From IMG/VR virus record IMGVR_UViG_3300048058_000013: DNA of 64,000 nucleotides; one strand, written 5' to 3'. The notes under the pieces are model-generated. The model was not told the origin of the DNA, did no database searches, and worked only from the letters and a program-made list of their open reading frames with translations. Below are positions 62,301 to 64,000 of the stretch, in pieces. Both the position numbers and the translations under genes were made by a program. Every line of letters starts with the position of its first letter. The first letter of the stretch is position 1. This DNA is from a virus.

Positions 62301-64000
62301 TTACGACTTTTCTATCCGAGAATATCCTGTAGGATCCATTGAGACCAAGACGTGGTTTGGAAACTGGTCGACCATTTCATTCTTGTGACTGATGATTAGG
62401 ATAGTATCCGGCTTATCTGGACGGTCTCCCGAAAAATCATTGTGGATGATATCAACGAACATGCGGACTCCATGAGGGTCCAAGCTTCCATCAACCTCAT
62501 CAAGGACCATGACGTTACACTGCTGCCCATACATCGAGATATACAGATCATAAAGAGCGAACATGATAGCCAGGTCTATACGCTTCTGCTGCCCACCCGA
62601 GTGAAAGTCGTATCCCCAACGAGATGTTTCCACCGACAAAGTCGATGTGAACGTCAACTTCAAGTCGCATTCGAATGCATTCAGATAATACTCAATTCTC
62701 TGGTTAAGATAGGGAACTAGATCCGAAAGAATAAACATCTTAATCTTGTTCCGGTCGTGATAACTGCGTCTGATGTATTCATATTCTTTAATACCAATAT
62801 CAAGTTTCGATATCTTGAGAAGGTGACCACTTAGATCCTCCTGCACTTGTTCAAGTTGAGTCTTAAGCGTGTCAATTACTTCTTGGTATGGGTTTATGCG
62901 TTCCTTCTCTTCTGAAGTTTTAGTCTTTAGATCAACGATACGATCTACAAGCTTGTCATGTTGATTATGAATTTCCTTAGCTAAATTTAAACGAGATTCC
63001 ACATCTTCAGAGACTTTAGCCTGCATCAATTCGATCGCAGTACGCGTCTTGCCTAATAGAGGTTCAAGCTTCTGGCGTTGATCCAGACGCTGTTTGGCAC
63101 GCTTAGCTAGATCAAGCAGTTGCGCCTTAACTTTAACAGCTTCCTCAAGATTCTGTTCTGCCATGTTAATAGACGTTTCTGGCCGATCTATTACGATAGA
63201 CTCGATTTCACGCTTCAATAATCCACATTTAGCACCTAGCTCATCTATCATGTCAGCCAATTCATTACCACGCTCAAAATATGGCTTACATAGTGATATT
63301 GTATGCTCTTTGGTTACATTCTGTTTACAAGCAGGACATTTAGTACCCGATTTGTCTTTCCATTCTTTAACAACTGCAACAACATTCTCCTCATCCTGCT
63401 TCAGCTTACGGTATTCAAGTTCTTCTTTCTCCAAATCCAATTGGAGGCTACTACGACGACTCTCACCTTCGTTGGCCTTAGTATGACGAGTGCGCAAATC
63501 GTCTATATCAATCTTAGATAGAACCTTAAAGCGGTCCTGTTGCTGAATGATAAATGGTTTAAGTTGATCAATCTCAAAATCCAACTGTGATAGGGTCATC
63601 TCTCCCTGAGTTAGACTACTACGCAACTCTGCTAATTTTTTGAGATTGAGTTGTTGGGCATCATACTCTTTCTGAACAGCATCGAGGTCCGGAAGCTTAA
63701 TATTAGCTTCCTTTTCTAATTTTCCAATCTCCAAATCCAACTGCTTAACACGTTCATCACGCTCTCTAATAAAAACTAACAACTTCTGCTCAGTCTGTGT
63801 AGTTTGTTCTCTTATACGTTCAATATCGCCATCTCGAGTTCCAGCTACAGCTCTCACTTTTTGTTGTTCTATTTCAGCAGCAACCTTACGTTCTTTCGCA
63901 ACATCTCCCCAAACATTCAAACGATCTAAGCCAAGCATGCGTTCCAAAGCAGCCTTGCGCTTCATATCACTCATAGACAAGAACGATTCGGTTCGCTGGC
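62301..64000 (-). CDS. gp46: SMC-like recombination nuclease ATPase subunit (gp46/SbcC/Rad50), 5'-truncated by the window edge
   Basis: CPAC zinc hook, long coiled coils, SGGQQKR signature, VLDE Walker B, ISH; frame open to base 64000 (…QRTESFLSM…). Confidence 0.92.
   Translation of the reverse strand, partial: QRTESFLSMSDMKRKAALERMLGLDRLNVWGDVAKERKVAAEIEQQKVRAVAGTRDGDIERIREQTTQTEQKLLVFIRERDERVKQLDLEIGKLEKEANIKLPDLDAVQKEYDAQQLNLKKLAELRSSLTQGEMTLSQLDFEIDQLKPFIIQQQDRFKVLSKIDIDDLRTRHTKANEGESRRSSLQLDLEKEELEYRKLKQDEENVVAVVKEWKDKSGTKCPACKQNVTKEHTISLCKPYFERGNELADMIDELGAKCGLLKREIESIVIDRPETSINMAEQNLEEAVKVKAQLLDLAKRAKQRLDQRQKLEPLLGKTRTAIELMQAKVSEDVESRLNLAKEIHNQHDKLVDRIVDLKTKTSEEKERINPYQEVIDTLKTQLEQVQEDLSGHLLKISKLDIGIKEYEYIRRSYHDRNKIKMFILSDLVPYLNQRIEYYLNAFECDLKLTFTSTLSVETSRWGYDFHSGGQQKRIDLAIMFALYDLYISMYGQQCNVMVLDEVDGSLDPHGVRMFVDIIHNDFSGDRPDKPDTILIISHKNEMVDQFPNHVLVSMDPTGYSRIEKS

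Noticed and set aside
1-64000. Alternative genetic code (TAG/TGA reassignment), seen in some large phages
   Set aside because: Conserved genes are full length in the standard code and end at TAA, TGA and TAG, with normal ATGA/TAATG couplings.
1-64000. tRNA, rRNA or tmRNA genes
   Set aside because: Intergenic gaps are short, and none showed a cloverleaf or T-loop/CCA signatures on inspection.

Overview
This is a 64-kb segment of a large T4-like (contractile-tailed, probably jumbo) bacteriophage genome, read in the standard genetic code with almost every gene on the minus strand. It holds a nearly complete virion morphogenesis set. The head and packaging genes are major capsid gp23, scaffold, prohead protease gp21, a very large repeat-rich core protein, portal gp20 and small/large terminase. 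The tail and neck genes are baseplate gp6/gp25/gp5/gp53/hub/gp26/gp51, tape measure, two tail tubes, sheath, and neck gp13/14/15. Interspersed are UvsW helicase, primase, a gp46/SbcC ATPase (truncated by the window edge), class II ribonucleotide reductase, ThyX and three sigma-factor-like genes. The most notable region is a tightly coupled operon at about 50.6-57.5 kb. It centres on a PurZ-type (2-aminoadenine, 'Z-DNA') synthetase, flanked by a nucleoside-deoxyribosyltransferase-family enzyme, a DeoC-like barrel, a DEDDh exonuclease, two glycosyltransferase-like genes, a methyltransferase and a ParB-like gene. No DatZ, MazZ or DpoZ is recognisable in this window. Other points of interest are a MotA/ExbB + MotB/ExbD-like membrane motor triad, a candidate +1 frameshift (UCC UUU UUU CGU C) joining gp26 and gp51, and an ADP-ribosyltransferase-like domain on the gp5 spike. 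There are also shared regulatory motifs and a structured 5' leader. No tRNA, rRNA, CRISPR array, intein or transposase was seen. All family calls come from motif recognition by eye, not database searches.
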